A DNA stretch of 34,621 nucleotides from Ascidiaceihabitans sp. (GCA_023301665.1 JALZUL010000197.1:1-34621); one strand, 5' to 3'; numbered from the stretch's first letter, positions 7,859-18,077 are shown. Notes: generated from the sequence alone by a model not told the origin. Program-made: numbers and translations.

Positions 7859-9279
7859 CGCCAGCTATCAAAACCAAACATCATGTAATCGCGTTGGTAC
7901 GCACTTTGCGCAGCTTTTTCGATTTCTGAATCGTAAATCTCTGCCAACATGAATGGGGCGTCGTCTTGGTTTTCGCCCAGCGCGATAGGACCCTGGTGTC
8001 CAATCTGCTCAAGCAATTGCGGAAGTTCTACAGCCAAATCCTCTTCCCGAATGACACGATCAGGAAGTGCAAATTCACCAAATCCTTCTAGAGATTGAGC
8101 CTGTGCACACCAAGTAGCATCAATCCGTATCGCTGTTTGTCCAGAGAGGTTGGCTTTCAAAAAGGTTAGGAAAGCTAAAAAGGCGGTGCGATGCGCTATG
8201 CGGTCATAACTAGAATCGGGCATGGTCTCGGGGATAGGTATCCCGTATCGCCGACGCAGGGTTTGACGTAAGCCTGTATAACTGTGCTTATCCGTACTTA
8301 AGATATGACGGCAAAATGCAAAGTGCGCCCGCGCCACAGGGTGACGCAGAACAGTAAAGCTACGATGCCCCTTATTCTTGCGCTTCCATTGGCGAAGCTC
8401 TTTTTGAGAGAACTTTTTTAGCAAATCCGAACGCTTTACGTTATCGACAAGAGCCAACCAATCCAAGATTTGGGTTTCTGGCCCGCCACGCATCGGTAAG
8501 TACATCAACGGAGCATGAGCTGCCGCGACATAGGTCGGTACACTTGGGCCACGCCGCGGCTCGAAATTGGGCGTTCTATTGAGATTGAACCGATCGAGTC
8601 CAGCAAGCACGGCTTCCATCTGGTCAAAGTTTTTAACCTTGTCAGAGATTGGGCTAGGGTTTTGACGCTTGAGGTTTTTATTCAGGCTTTCTAAATCCTC
8701 GTCGACACCCAAAAACCGCGCCAGTCCGTTCATCACTGCGACGCTCTGGAGGTCGTCATAAGATACATAAAATCCAGTTTGTCCGCTGGTCTGAAGCGCG
8801 TTCAGCAACTCAAGTTGAAAGCCTTGTAGTTTGTCCAAATGATCGGAAAACTCCACCTCATCAAAGGTCGCTTTTCCGTCTTTGCGAGCTTTGACATCTG
8901 TCAATTTCCACTGCCCTGTCTCTTGAGCGATTTTCCACGAAACGTAGCTATCCACAGGGTTGCGGGTCAAAATTATCTTTGCGCACTTTGGATCATTCAA
9001 ACACTCATCCAAAATCCGAGGGTCATGATCGTGAAAATACCGAAAACCGCCAATACCTGACGGTTGATGCTTTATCTGGCGTAGCAAAACAAAAGGATCT
9101 GCATCTCGCGTATCTTGAGAGATACCTAAAATTTCTGCCTGATTGGGATAGCCCAAGAAATGCGGGTTAAACGCCTCCCCATGACAATCGATGCCGTCAA
9201 AAGCATTAAGGTTTGTCTCTAGAAAGTTGGATCCCGTCCGCATCTCAGCAAACACTATAAAATAGTCAAACGTAGCCAT
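7855..9279 (-). CDS. Two-domain sulfotransferase (NodH-like N-terminal plus Sulfotransfer_2-like C-terminal domain)
   Basis: PAPS-binding loop EMRTGSNFL, GEAFNP and ILTRNPVDSYVS; second domain FTVLRHPVAR...AF and IY......AY.RDY.MFGF. Confidence 0.8.
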   Translation of the reverse strand: MATFDYFIVFAEMRTGSNFLETNLNAFDGIDCHGEAFNPHFLGYPNQAEILGISQDTRDADPFVLLRQIKHQPSGIGGFRYFHDHDPRILDECLNDPKCAKIILTRNPVDSYVSWKIAQETGQWKLTDVKARKDGKATFDEVEFSDHLDKLQGFQLELLNALQTSGQTGFYVSYDDLQSVAVMNGLARFLGVDEDLESLNKNLKRQNPSPISDKVKNFDQMEAVLAGLDRFNLNRTPNFEPRRGPSVPTYVAAAHAPLMYLPMRGGPETQILDWLALVDNVKRSDLLKKFSQKELRQWKRKNKGHRSFTVLRHPVARAHFAFCRHILSTDKHSYTGLRQTLRRRYGIPIPETMPDSSYDRIAHRTAFLAFLTFLKANLSGQTAIRIDATWCAQAQSLEGFGEFALPDRVIREEDLAVELPQLLEQIGHQGPIALGENQDDAPFMLAEIYDSEIEKAAQSAYQRDYMMFGFDSWR

Positions 9280-9282
9280 GAA

Positions 9283-10980
9283 TTATTGCACCAAATAAGG
9301 TTTTCGAGGTGGAGAATTGGGTGTCTCACCTACACGGTCTGTTGGAAAATCACCCATCAAATGGGGATGCATCCCTTGGTTTTTGAGATTCTGAAGAAAC
9401 TGACCAAATCCGCCGAGGTCTACCATTTTCGGGACCTCTGCTATGCGATGAACTTGTGTTGGGCCGATTTCATCGAGAATACCTTGAAGCGGTTCCATTG
9501 GAGCTTCAATAAACTCAGCCATACTCCAAATTCTAACACGGGCTTTCGCAAAAGGAGATCTCAGAATCTTAAGGTGATCGTTCTCGATCTTCTGCAATTC
9601 AGCAGCTTGCTTTCGAATATCCATAAAGTTCAGGTTGGAACGAAAAAGCGGGACAGCCCATGCCCCACTTATCACCGAAACCTGCGCGTTATGATCTTTT
9701 GCGACCCGCCAATTGATATCCTGGTTATCTGCAGGGCCAAATTGATAGCACTGCCGCTCACCACGGGTGTTCCAAATCAAGTTCGTAAGAAACGCGCCAG
9801 GGTTATAATCTCGGGCTTCAGCGCTATCGCTTAACCCGCCATGAATAGTGGTGTGACCCGATGCGTAATGCACCCGATCTTGGGCAAACAAGTGACCATG
9901 CACACGTGTTCCCGTCGCCTTTGCCAGCCAAGGTTCAAAATTCTCAAAAAGCTCACTAAAGCCATGAAAGACTGAATAAGGCGCTGCCGTTACACCGTTT
10001 TCCCAATCTTCATTTGGAAACCGGCTTTGCATATACAAACCGGGTCGGCCGCGTGTTCTCCGCTCAACCGCTTTGGCGAAAATACGGTCAATTTTTCCCG
10101 GGTTCGGTTCGGTTCGTTTCATCGCACCCGCAAGGTCGGTCAGAAACGCATCGTAAAGCCGATTGGCATGAGGCCAAATCTTACGAGCAACAAAACAATC
10201 TGAGCGGCGCAACAACTGCAAGTGATCATCATAGAAAATATGCGGCTTGCCTTGGAAGTCGAACTTGCTAAGCGTCAAAGAGCGGCTCTCAATATTCGTA
10301 GAATATTGACGCGATAACGTCTGGAAATAACTCTCATCGGGAATCCAAACCTGTTTGAAATAGCGATCATAGTCGGCTCTATCAGGGTCTTGTAAAATCG
10401 CGGACAGGGTTTGACGGGTAAGGCACCACCACTGACTTCCCATATGGGGAACCAACCCATTCGGGATCCGCCGTTTGAGGCGCAGCGCACGTTGCAATTG
10501 CACGTACCTGTCAAAAAGGAAGCGCTTTTTTTTCCACGAGAATGGAAACCGAAGGACGAACCGTTCTTGATCCAAACCACCAACGGTCCAAGGGACGTCT
10601 GCTGTCGTTGCGCTTTCAATAAAGTCTGTGCGTGGACGCTCTTCGAGATATTCGATGAGCTCTTCAACTGGGCGCAGAGGAAGGCAAGACCCAGATGCCA
10701 AATACACATGCCTCACAAACGAGTAGTTTTTTAACATTTGTTCCGAGGCCGCTTGCGACGCCGCAACAATGCCCCATGTGCCCCATTCACACCGGTGGCG
10801 CGTGGAAAATTCGACACTTGGAACATCAGACAACGACGAAACAAAGGCGTTGTACGTTTTGCGATCGACTATTTTATCGACATGGATGACAACGGGACAA
10901 CCACCAGAGGCCCAGTGACGTGCCGCTTGCTCAGCGCGATCTAACGCGGTGTGAACCAACATGACGATCCCAACACTCAT
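9283..10980 (-). CDS. Core-2/I-branching (GT14-like) glycosyltransferase with extra C-terminal domain
   Basis: VVIHVD, WG.WGIV.A, YLASGSCLPLRP, GSQWWCLTR, IPDESYFQT and FVARKI motifs. The ATG at 10980 overlaps the upstream TGA. Confidence 0.8.
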   Translation of the reverse strand: MSVGIVMLVHTALDRAEQAARHWASGGCPVVIHVDKIVDRKTYNAFVSSLSDVPSVEFSTRHRCEWGTWGIVAASQAASEQMLKNYSFVRHVYLASGSCLPLRPVEELIEYLEERPRTDFIESATTADVPWTVGGLDQERFVLRFPFSWKKKRFLFDRYVQLQRALRLKRRIPNGLVPHMGSQWWCLTRQTLSAILQDPDRADYDRYFKQVWIPDESYFQTLSRQYSTNIESRSLTLSKFDFQGKPHIFYDDHLQLLRRSDCFVARKIWPHANRLYDAFLTDLAGAMKRTEPNPGKIDRIFAKAVERRTRGRPGLYMQSRFPNEDWENGVTAAPYSVFHGFSELFENFEPWLAKATGTRVHGHLFAQDRVHYASGHTTIHGGLSDSAEARDYNPGAFLTNLIWNTRGERQCYQFGPADNQDINWRVAKDHNAQVSVISGAWAVPLFRSNLNFMDIRKQAAELQKIENDHLKILRSPFAKARVRIWSMAEFIEAPMEPLQGILDEIGPTQVHRIAEVPKMVDLGGFGQFLQNLKNQGMHPHLMGDFPTDRVGETPNSPPRKPYLVQ

Positions 10981-11987
10981 GCCCAATTCCCTTTAGACAT
11001 AAGGCCAAGAATCTCAAGCTGGCGCCAGTTAATGTATTTCTCAGACCACTTGCACCAAAGCTCAGGGTCGTCTTTCATGCTTTCGGCATAAGCCTTATAT
11101 TCAATGGAGGCCGAGTAGTGTTGACCACGGCTTAACTCTTCCGCAGCTTTTGCCGAAAAAGTATCCAAGAATTTAGTGTGTAGCAAAACACCACTGGCTT
11201 TTTCGCCGCCCCACTCATCATAAACTTGGTTCAACCCACGAGGCAGCAGCATATGTGTTGAGCTCACATATGCGTACTTTTTGTCCCATTTCACCAACGG
11301 AATTTTATTTAAAGCAGGTGCTTGTTCTGGCTTATCCCCAAAAAACATCCGAGAGCGTGGCCCGCCCTGAATCCACAAGTTCCCAAACCGCTTATTGCGC
11401 GACATCGTATAATTTCCACTGTCGAACCAGTTCGCAATCTCAAGTGGGTTTTGACCAGATTGATATGGATTATCATCCAAACGACCTTTTGGGTACATAT
11501 CCAGAAGCATCGTACTAAAGGATTTAATGCTAGATGCATCCAGCCAATCCGTGAGCGCACGCAAAGGCCGCGTGTCACAGAACGGATAAACCAGAAACTC
11601 ATCCGGATCTAAAACCAACGCCCAGTGACCATGGGCGTATTTCATTTGCAACCAGTTCAACCAATCTACACCAAAACGCGACCGTTTGTAGCTTGCACTG
11701 GTATGCCAAACTGAAACATCGGCCTGATCAGCCAGGTAATCTAGAGATCCATCAGTGCTGTCATTGTCCACGAAAAAGAAATGATTCACACCCATCTCGC
11801 GATAGTACTGAAGGAAGTAAGGAAGCCGTACCTTTTCATTCCTCAGAGTGCAAAACATCAAGATGTCGTCTTCACGGATATTTTCAGTGCGGTCAGCAAC
11901 GCGCGACAACTCTCGACGCTTACGAAACGCACGAATGCGCCAACGCTTACGCTGAAGCCTCAGTCGGTATGACTGCCAAACACCCAA
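10977..11987 (-). CDS. Glycosyltransferase family 2-like protein
   Basis: TLRNE..RLPYFL.YYR.MGV.HFFFVDNDSTDGS, W.LVLDPDEFL, LLHTKF. Likely TTG start at 11987 after GAAAGGG; the ORF extends to 12002. Confidence 0.82.
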   Translation of the reverse strand: MGVWQSYRLRLQRKRWRIRAFRKRRELSRVADRTENIREDDILMFCTLRNEKVRLPYFLQYYREMGVNHFFFVDNDSTDGSLDYLADQADVSVWHTSASYKRSRFGVDWLNWLQMKYAHGHWALVLDPDEFLVYPFCDTRPLRALTDWLDASSIKSFSTMLLDMYPKGRLDDNPYQSGQNPLEIANWFDSGNYTMSRNKRFGNLWIQGGPRSRMFFGDKPEQAPALNKIPLVKWDKKYAYVSSTHMLLPRGLNQVYDEWGGEKASGVLLHTKFLDTFSAKAAEELSRGQHYSASIEYKAYAESMKDDPELWCKWSEKYINWRQLEILGLMSKGNWA

Positions 11988-12032
11988 AATTTTCCCTTTC
12001 AATCGTCACCAGAACAACCTGACAATGCGCTA

Positions 12033-13262
12033 TCAAATCGAGTTTAACACGACCTTGAAATGATCGCTCCAATTTGATGGAGTAAAACACCCCTGTCTGC
12101 GCGATTGAGGATCGGTCAAGGCCAACTCTTTCACTTTATCTTTCCACAGATAACTATCAGAAACCGTTGCGTAAACGGGAATATCACCTAGTATTTCCCT
12201 TATTACTTCTAAATCGTTGCACAAAATCGGCACCCCTAGCGCTGCGGCCTCTACCATTGGTAGACCAAAGCCCTCAGCATGAGACGGAAACAACAACCCC
12301 CGCGATCCTTGAAGCAAAGAAGCGATAGATGAATCGTCCAAATCGCTTCGTTCAAAAATCAGTGAGTCGCTCTTTACACCATCCAAACGCTTAAAAACCG
12401 CTTCATTGTTCCAACCACGTGCGCCACAAATGTGTAATTCAGGGGCACCCGCCCCCAAATCGTCCCAGATATCTAGTAAAAAGGCATGGTTTTTACGTGG
12501 CTCAATTGTGCTAAGGCAAACAAAATACGGCTTCTCAGGAAGGGCAAAAGCGTCATCGACAACCGCCAAGTCTGTTCCCAAATGAGAAACAATCCCACGA
12601 GGTATCGAACCCCATTTTATCAAATGAGCCTCACATCGTTTTTGTGTGTCGGCTGAATTGTAGATTATGAAATCCGCGTATTTCTGGACTCTTTTCAGCT
12701 TTGCCTCAAAAACGTCGACAGTCCCCGGGCGCTGAAAATGGGGGTAATCAAGCGGTATAACATCGTGAACCATTACCGAAATGCGTGCCGATAGTGCGCT
12801 GCGCATTGTATCCAAAACGCGCTCTGTCAGGTTGCTGTGGCCGACATTCACATACGAGGTTTGAGGTGGCAAATTACGCGTCAATAACTTGTAAAGATTC
12901 CTGGGTAATGACCGGTCAACGGACAACCGGCGCGCTTGCGACAATGCCTGGCGTTGTACTTTTGTTAGCCCTCTTGGCACACGAGAGAGGATATCTATCT
13001 GCTCGAATTTCTGTACATCTGAAAGCTGCGCTTCGATTTGATACAAACCATCCTGATCAAGCAGAAGGTACCCAAATGTTGTACGCACCAGCCCAAAAAC
13101 AGGTTCCGGCTCAGTTAAGAGCCCTCGTAAATATGCCATTTCAACGCGGTCAACACCTGTCAAAAAGCGACCCGCACGCCTGATCAGGCGCGTGATATCC
13201 AGTAAACGGGCTGGAGGCCGACTACTTTGAATAGTGGCCTGTTTGGTGCCATCGCCAAGCAT
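12033..13262 (-). CDS. Glycosyltransferase family 4 (GT-B)
   Basis: TGVDRVE, MVHDVIPLDYP, TIEPRKNH, FPSHAEGFGLPMVEAAALGVP. The start is uncertain because it overlaps the galE 3' end. Confidence 0.88.
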   Translation of the reverse strand: MLGDGTKQATIQSSRPPARLLDITRLIRRAGRFLTGVDRVEMAYLRGLLTEPEPVFGLVRTTFGYLLLDQDGLYQIEAQLSDVQKFEQIDILSRVPRGLTKVQRQALSQARRLSVDRSLPRNLYKLLTRNLPPQTSYVNVGHSNLTERVLDTMRSALSARISVMVHDVIPLDYPHFQRPGTVDVFEAKLKRVQKYADFIIYNSADTQKRCEAHLIKWGSIPRGIVSHLGTDLAVVDDAFALPEKPYFVCLSTIEPRKNHAFLLDIWDDLGAGAPELHICGARGWNNEAVFKRLDGVKSDSLIFERSDLDDSSIASLLQGSRGLLFPSHAEGFGLPMVEAAALGVPILCNDLEVIREILGDIPVYATVSDSYLWKDKVKELALTDPQSRRQGCFTPSNWSDHFKVVLNSI

Positions 13263-14208
13263 CAGAAATCATCGTCTCCAAATTTGAGCGTGTTGGAGTC
13301 CAACCCAGCTCTTTAACTGCGCGCGAGGACCCTGAAACAAGTTTTGTGCAATCACCAGCACGGCGTGCACCTTCTGTAAACGGTACTTCGCGATTGGTCA
13401 CACCACGAGAATGTTCGATTACCTCTCGAACAGAGAACCCTGACCCCGTCCCAAGGTTAAATGTCCGGCTCCCTTTGCCATCTTGCAGCCATTTCAAACC
13501 TAGAACATGGGCATCAACCAGATCGCAGACGTGAACATAATCACGGATACAGGTTCCATCAGGCGTATCGTAATCCGTCCCGAAAATAGTAAGCCCATCC
13601 CGTTTTCCATCAATCGCATCAAGCATAAGTGGGATCAGATGTGTCTCAGGTTGATGGAATTCTCCAACTTCACCGGCAGGATCAGCACCCGCGACATTGA
13701 AATACCGGAAAATGACATGTTCGAGGCCATTAGACGCTTCAAAATCGCGTAGCATCTCCTCGATCGCCCGCTTGGACGCACCATAAGGGTTTATCGGATA
13801 CTGCGCGCTACCCTCATCAAGGACAACATTGTCTTGATCGCCGTAAGTTGCACAAGTACTTGAGAAAACAAAGCTCTTACAACCCGACGCAATAGTAGCT
13901 TCTATCAATTCTAGTGAGCCGCTGACATTGTTACGCCAGTACTTTCCTGGTTCGGACATACTTTCGCCAACTTGCGAAAGCGCGGCAAAATGCATGACAG
14001 CAACTGGCGCATATTTTTCAAAAACGCTGTCTAAACGCTTCCGGTCTAAAAGATCACCCTTTTCGAAAGGTCCGAACTTGACCGCGTCTTCCCAGCCTGT
14101 TGTCAAACTATCGTAGGTAACGGGAACAAATCCTGCTTCCCGCAGAGCCTTGCAGGCGTGCGAGCCGATATATCCAGCACCACCTGTAACCAAGACATTT
14201 TGAGACAT
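13222..14208 (-). CDS. galE: UDP-glucose 4-epimerase
   Basis: VTGGAGYIGSH, FSSTCATYG, YGASK, RYFNVAGAD, TPDGTCIRDYVHV. Confidence 0.95.
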   Translation of the reverse strand: MSQNVLVTGGAGYIGSHACKALREAGFVPVTYDSLTTGWEDAVKFGPFEKGDLLDRKRLDSVFEKYAPVAVMHFAALSQVGESMSEPGKYWRNNVSGSLELIEATIASGCKSFVFSSTCATYGDQDNVVLDEGSAQYPINPYGASKRAIEEMLRDFEASNGLEHVIFRYFNVAGADPAGEVGEFHQPETHLIPLMLDAIDGKRDGLTIFGTDYDTPDGTCIRDYVHVCDLVDAHVLGLKWLQDGKGSRTFNLGTGSGFSVREVIEHSRGVTNREVPFTEGARRAGDCTKLVSGSSRAVKELGWTPTRSNLETMISDAWRWHQTGHYSK

Positions 14209-14209
14209 A

Positions 14210-15106
14210 TTATTTTACCGTCTTGCTCAGAGAAGGCGCCAGTTCCATCAAGAATTCAGACAAATCTTCTTGCAATTCTGGGCGGGCCAAAGCGAATGAA
14301 ACCGTCGCTCTCAAAAAGCCTGATTTAGAACCACAATCGAAGCGCTCACCTTTAAAACGATACCCAAAAACTGGGTTATCTTGTTCAATTTCCGCGGCAA
14401 TCGCGTCAGTCAATTGAATTTCGCCACCAGCGCCGGACTTCAATTTATTAAGATTACCTAGAACATTTGGGGAAAGGATATAACGACCGATCACAGCTAA
14501 ATTGGATGGTGCTTCCTCCATTGACGGCTTTTCAACCATACCCTTGACGCTGACCTTGTCCCCAAAATCTTCATTGATATCTAAAACGCCGTATGACGAT
14601 GTCTGCTCGGGAGTAACCTCCATTGCCGCAACCATATTTCCGCCTGTCTCTTCATAGGCATCCACCATCTGTTTCAAACAAGATGTTTCTCCTGCGATAA
14701 CGTCATCAGGTAAAATGACGGCGAAGGGTTCGTTTGCGATAAGGCGGCGTGCGCACCATACAGCATGCCCGAGTCCAAGAGCCCGATGTTGCCGAATGTA
14801 GGCAATTGCACCGCTGTCCATATTAGTGGCTTTCAAGACTTCTAGAAGATCAGTCTTGTCTTTTTTCCGCAATTCTTGCTCCAAGAAAGGAGCATGATCG
14901 AAATAGTCCTCAAGTGCGCCTTTTCCTCGGGACGTCACGAAGATAAATTCTTTAATCCCAGCTTCACGCGCTTCATCGATCGCATATTGAATTAGAGGGC
15001 GATCCACTAAAGTCATAATTTCTTTTGGTACCGATTTGGTAGCAGGTAAAAACCTAGTCCCGAGACCAGCCACCGGAAAAATCGCTTTTGTTACCTTTTT
15101 ACGCAT
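14210..15106 (-). CDS. galU: UTP--glucose-1-phosphate uridylyltransferase
   Basis: KAIFPVAGLGTRFLPATKSVPKE, LGLGHAV, VEKP, GAGGEIQLTDAI, RFDCGSK.G; RBS GAGG. Confidence 0.97.
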   Translation of the reverse strand: MRKKVTKAIFPVAGLGTRFLPATKSVPKEIMTLVDRPLIQYAIDEAREAGIKEFIFVTSRGKGALEDYFDHAPFLEQELRKKDKTDLLEVLKATNMDSGAIAYIRQHRALGLGHAVWCARRLIANEPFAVILPDDVIAGETSCLKQMVDAYEETGGNMVAAMEVTPEQTSSYGVLDINEDFGDKVSVKGMVEKPSMEEAPSNLAVIGRYILSPNVLGNLNKLKSGAGGEIQLTDAIAAEIEQDNPVFGYRFKGERFDCGSKSGFLRATVSFALARPELQEDLSEFLMELAPSLSKTVK

Positions 15107-15205
15107 GCCTGATCCTCATCAATACACTGCCCATTCGGGCTAAATTAAACATTTAGGCCAAGGTGATAGACAAAATGGTTGAAATTGCAAGATTGTCTGC
15201 AGATT

Positions 15206-16459
15206 TCAAACATTAACGTCATCACTTTTGCCATTTTCACCACTCAGAAGCCTAACAGCCTTTATCCGTTGTGCTTCAAAATGAACGCGTCTCTTAAATG
15301 ACCAATATTTCAGCAACTTTTGATTACGCAAAGATTTACCAAATAAGCCACCAGTTTGTTCCCAGTAACCTTGCTCGTTAAATGAAACACGATGGAATAA
15401 TGCTGTTGGTGATAAAGAGAGCACCGTTGCTATCGCTCCATGCTGAACCACTTCATTTACATACTTTTGTGTAGCCTTCCTTGATATGGATCGCGAGGCC
15501 CGAAAAACACTGTCCCGTTTGAGTGAAGGAAAGCAAAGAAAAGGTTCTGCACTATCGTCAGGAAATTCCAAAAATGAGCTTTTACGCGTCAGGCCGCTTC
15601 GGTACCCGTCGAACAAACTTTTCATCAGCTCACGAACTGATCTGGGTTCCAGCCCCCCTGAAATCATGTGACGAACCAACCGCTTGCGCTCGTCGGTAAC
15701 CACGTGCTTCCAATGTGTTGACCATGTATTTTTCGCTACGAATTTCCTTTGAAATACGGCCCAACTGGCTCCTATATCAAACAGGTCTTTTGGTACTCGA
15801 TCCGTACGTCTGCGGCGGCTAGAAGCAAACCCGTGATGCACTTGCGCCATTGGAGCAATTGCTGTGATATGTCCAGCTTTAGCCAAACGTACATTCAGAT
15901 CAGTTTCATCAAGATAGAAATGATAAGCACAATCAAATCCGCCAACATCAATTAGGGCGGCCCGTCGCACAGCCATATTGGTGCCTTCTGTTTTAGCAAC
16001 CTGTCCTGATTTCAACCTTAAAACCGTCGGCTTTGTTTCGTCCACAAAATGATCGCTCGCGAAACCCTGCTCGTCCAAAACTCGAGCTTTCCATTGAAAA
16101 CTAATCCCGTTGCGCCCAATGACAAACCCACCAACAACATCAACCTCTGGCTGTTCAAATGGCTCAGTTAGGTAGGTCAACCATGACGGCTCCGGCACGG
16201 CATCATCATCAATAAATGCAACTATTTCGCCTGCGGAATTCTGGATACCCAGATTGCGAGCAATGGAGATATTTGGCTTTTCGAAAAGAACTGTTTTGAT
16301 TTTACCAGCAAATTGCTCAAGTGCTGCCAGTCCATTCTCATCCGAGACGACAACCACTTCAAAATGATTATATTGAAGTTGAGACAACCCCAAAACACAT
16401 CGAAATAAAGCCTCCGGTCGATCGCGGCTTACGACCACAATACTGACCGGAGTCGCCAT
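15206..16459 (-). CDS. Glycosyltransferase family 2
   Basis: VSIVVVSRDRP, NISIARNLGI....GEIVAFIDDDAVP, GTNMAVRR....VGGFD, YLDETDL. The ATG at 16459 overlaps the kdsB TGA. Confidence 0.88.
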   Translation of the reverse strand: MATPVSIVVVSRDRPEALFRCVLGLSQLQYNHFEVVVVSDENGLAALEQFAGKIKTVLFEKPNISIARNLGIQNSAGEIVAFIDDDAVPEPSWLTYLTEPFEQPEVDVVGGFVIGRNGISFQWKARVLDEQGFASDHFVDETKPTVLRLKSGQVAKTEGTNMAVRRAALIDVGGFDCAYHFYLDETDLNVRLAKAGHITAIAPMAQVHHGFASSRRRRTDRVPKDLFDIGASWAVFQRKFVAKNTWSTHWKHVVTDERKRLVRHMISGGLEPRSVRELMKSLFDGYRSGLTRKSSFLEFPDDSAEPFLCFPSLKRDSVFRASRSISRKATQKYVNEVVQHGAIATVLSLSPTALFHRVSFNEQGYWEQTGGLFGKSLRNQKLLKYWSFKRRVHFEAQRIKAVRLLSGENGKSDDVNV

Positions 16460-17259
16460 CAATCTAATTCCATTTCCATCATCATCGCTTCGATTTTCGG
16501 GACGTCTTCGGGATTGTTTAATTCCCAAAATTGACGGCCTTTGGCTTGAACTTCGGTGCAGCGTACTGCGCGGCCATTTTCCATGAAACGAAGCTGTTCC
16601 AAACCTTCAAGCATTTCTAAAGGTCCGACATTCCACGAAGGATATGCTGCCAGCGCATCTGGGCGATATGCATAAACGCCAACATGGTGGAAAACTGGCG
16701 TATCATCATCGTCCGCATAAATTTCTGACGTAAATGGTATAACCTCTTTAGAGAAGTACATCGCACGCCTATTCACATCAAACACCGACGTGGTTCCGCC
16801 AACGCGGCCCGCTTTACGGTCCGTCAGAAAACTATTGAGCGTTACACCATCACAGCGCAAAACGGGCGTTGCAATTTCGGCACTCGGATCGGCCTGTAAG
16901 TCCGCTATCAGATCCTCCACAAACCAATGTGGGGTTAAAGGCGCATCACCTTGCAGATTCACAACTATATCGTAGCCACCACCTAGCGCCTCGTGGGCAG
17001 CGGCGCATCTTTCTGTTCCGTTGGCACACGCTTCTGGAGTCATGATGACCTCAGCACCGAATGCCTCCGAAGCCAGTCGTATCCGATCGTCATCCGTTGC
17101 AACGACAACGCGGTCGACCGCTCCAACTTCACAGGCTGCCAACCAAGACCTTTGAATCAAAGACATTGATTTGCCAGAAGCCCCCTTGAGCAAGGCCAAG
17201 GGTTTTGCAGGATAGCGCGTTGACGCATAGCGCGCAGGGATGACGATCAGAACCGACAT
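16459..17259 (-). CDS. kdsB: 3-deoxy-manno-octulosonate cytidylyltransferase (CMP-Kdo synthetase)
   Basis: IPARYASTRYPAKPL, VATDD.RI, NGTERC, VNLQGDAP, HVGVYAYR, LE.LEGLEQLR..ENG. Confidence 0.95.
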   Translation of the reverse strand: MSVLIVIPARYASTRYPAKPLALLKGASGKSMSLIQRSWLAACEVGAVDRVVVATDDDRIRLASEAFGAEVIMTPEACANGTERCAAAHEALGGGYDIVVNLQGDAPLTPHWFVEDLIADLQADPSAEIATPVLRCDGVTLNSFLTDRKAGRVGGTTSVFDVNRRAMYFSKEVIPFTSEIYADDDDTPVFHHVGVYAYRPDALAAYPSWNVGPLEMLEGLEQLRFMENGRAVRCTEVQAKGRQFWELNNPEDVPKIEAMMMEMELD

Positions 17260-18056
17260 TATGCTGGCTTCAACTCAACGGACGGAGCGTAGGCAATGAA
17301 GAAAGGATTTGCGAAATCTTCTTTGCCATATTTTAGAGGTGTTTGGTCGTCAAAGCGTACCACATCACCCCCTGCGCCTAACAAGACAGCATGTCCGGCA
17401 GCGGTATCCCATTCCATCGTACGACCAAGGCGCGGGTAAACGTCTGCTTCACCTGTCGCAATAAGGCAGAACTTAAGCGAAGACCCTGCGCTCTTCATAT
17501 CTTTAACCGCGTATTTGTTGATGTAGTCATCCGTCGCCTGATCTCGATGAGATTTGGAGGCGACAACCATCAATTTTGAATTGTCAGCGTCTGAAACAGA
17601 AATTGGCGTCACGACACCCATCTTTTCTTTGTCGAGGTCACCAGTTTCTTCAACTGTTTGACCATCTGCTAAAGTAAAGAACATACGGTCTTTCGCAGGT
17701 GCATAAACAACACCACGTGTCGGCACCCCATTTTCGACCAACGCAATGTTGACCGTGAAATCACCACGTCGGTGAATAAACTCTTTCGTGCCGTCAAGTG
17801 GATCAACAATCAAAAAGGTATCACCATTCGCAGTGTGGGTTTCCGATTGTTCTTCGGTAACCAACATCATCTCTGGAAAAGCCGCACGCAAACCTGCGGA
17901 GATAATTGCGTCGGCTGCTTCGTCAGCTGCTGTGACGGGGCTTTCATCCGATTTCAATTTAACATCAAAATCATCTGCTTGATAAATTTCCATGATCTTA
18001 TCGCCAGCTTCTAGGGCAAGTTTCCGGATTACCGGAATCAAATTCTCATAGTTCAC
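17259..18056 (-). CDS. cysQ: 3'(2'),5'-bisphosphate nucleotidase CysQ
   Basis: K.DESPVT.AD, DPLDGTKEFI....DFTVNIALV, GSSLKFCLIA.G.ADVYPRLGRTMEWDTAAG; GTG start with GGAG RBS. Confidence 0.95.
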   Translation of the reverse strand: MNYENLIPVIRKLALEAGDKIMEIYQADDFDVKLKSDESPVTAADEAADAIISAGLRAAFPEMMLVTEEQSETHTANGDTFLIVDPLDGTKEFIHRRGDFTVNIALVENGVPTRGVVYAPAKDRMFFTLADGQTVEETGDLDKEKMGVVTPISVSDADNSKLMVVASKSHRDQATDDYINKYAVKDMKSAGSSLKFCLIATGEADVYPRLGRTMEWDTAAGHAVLLGAGGDVVRFDDQTPLKYGKEDFANPFFIAYAPSVELKPA

Positions 18057-18077
18057 GTGTCATCTCCTGCTCACGTC

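Noticed and set aside
10101-10120. (GGTTC)x3 tandem repeat resembling a LexA box or phase-variable tract
   Set aside because: It lies inside the GT14 coding region with the frame intact, the spacing does not give GTTC-N7-GTTC, and it is too short for a contingency locus.
15206-16459. GT2 gene looks more AT-rich than its neighbours, possible horizontal transfer
   Set aside because: This is a visual impression only. The gene is coupled to kdsB (TGATG) and has no mobility signatures; GC and codon statistics would be needed.
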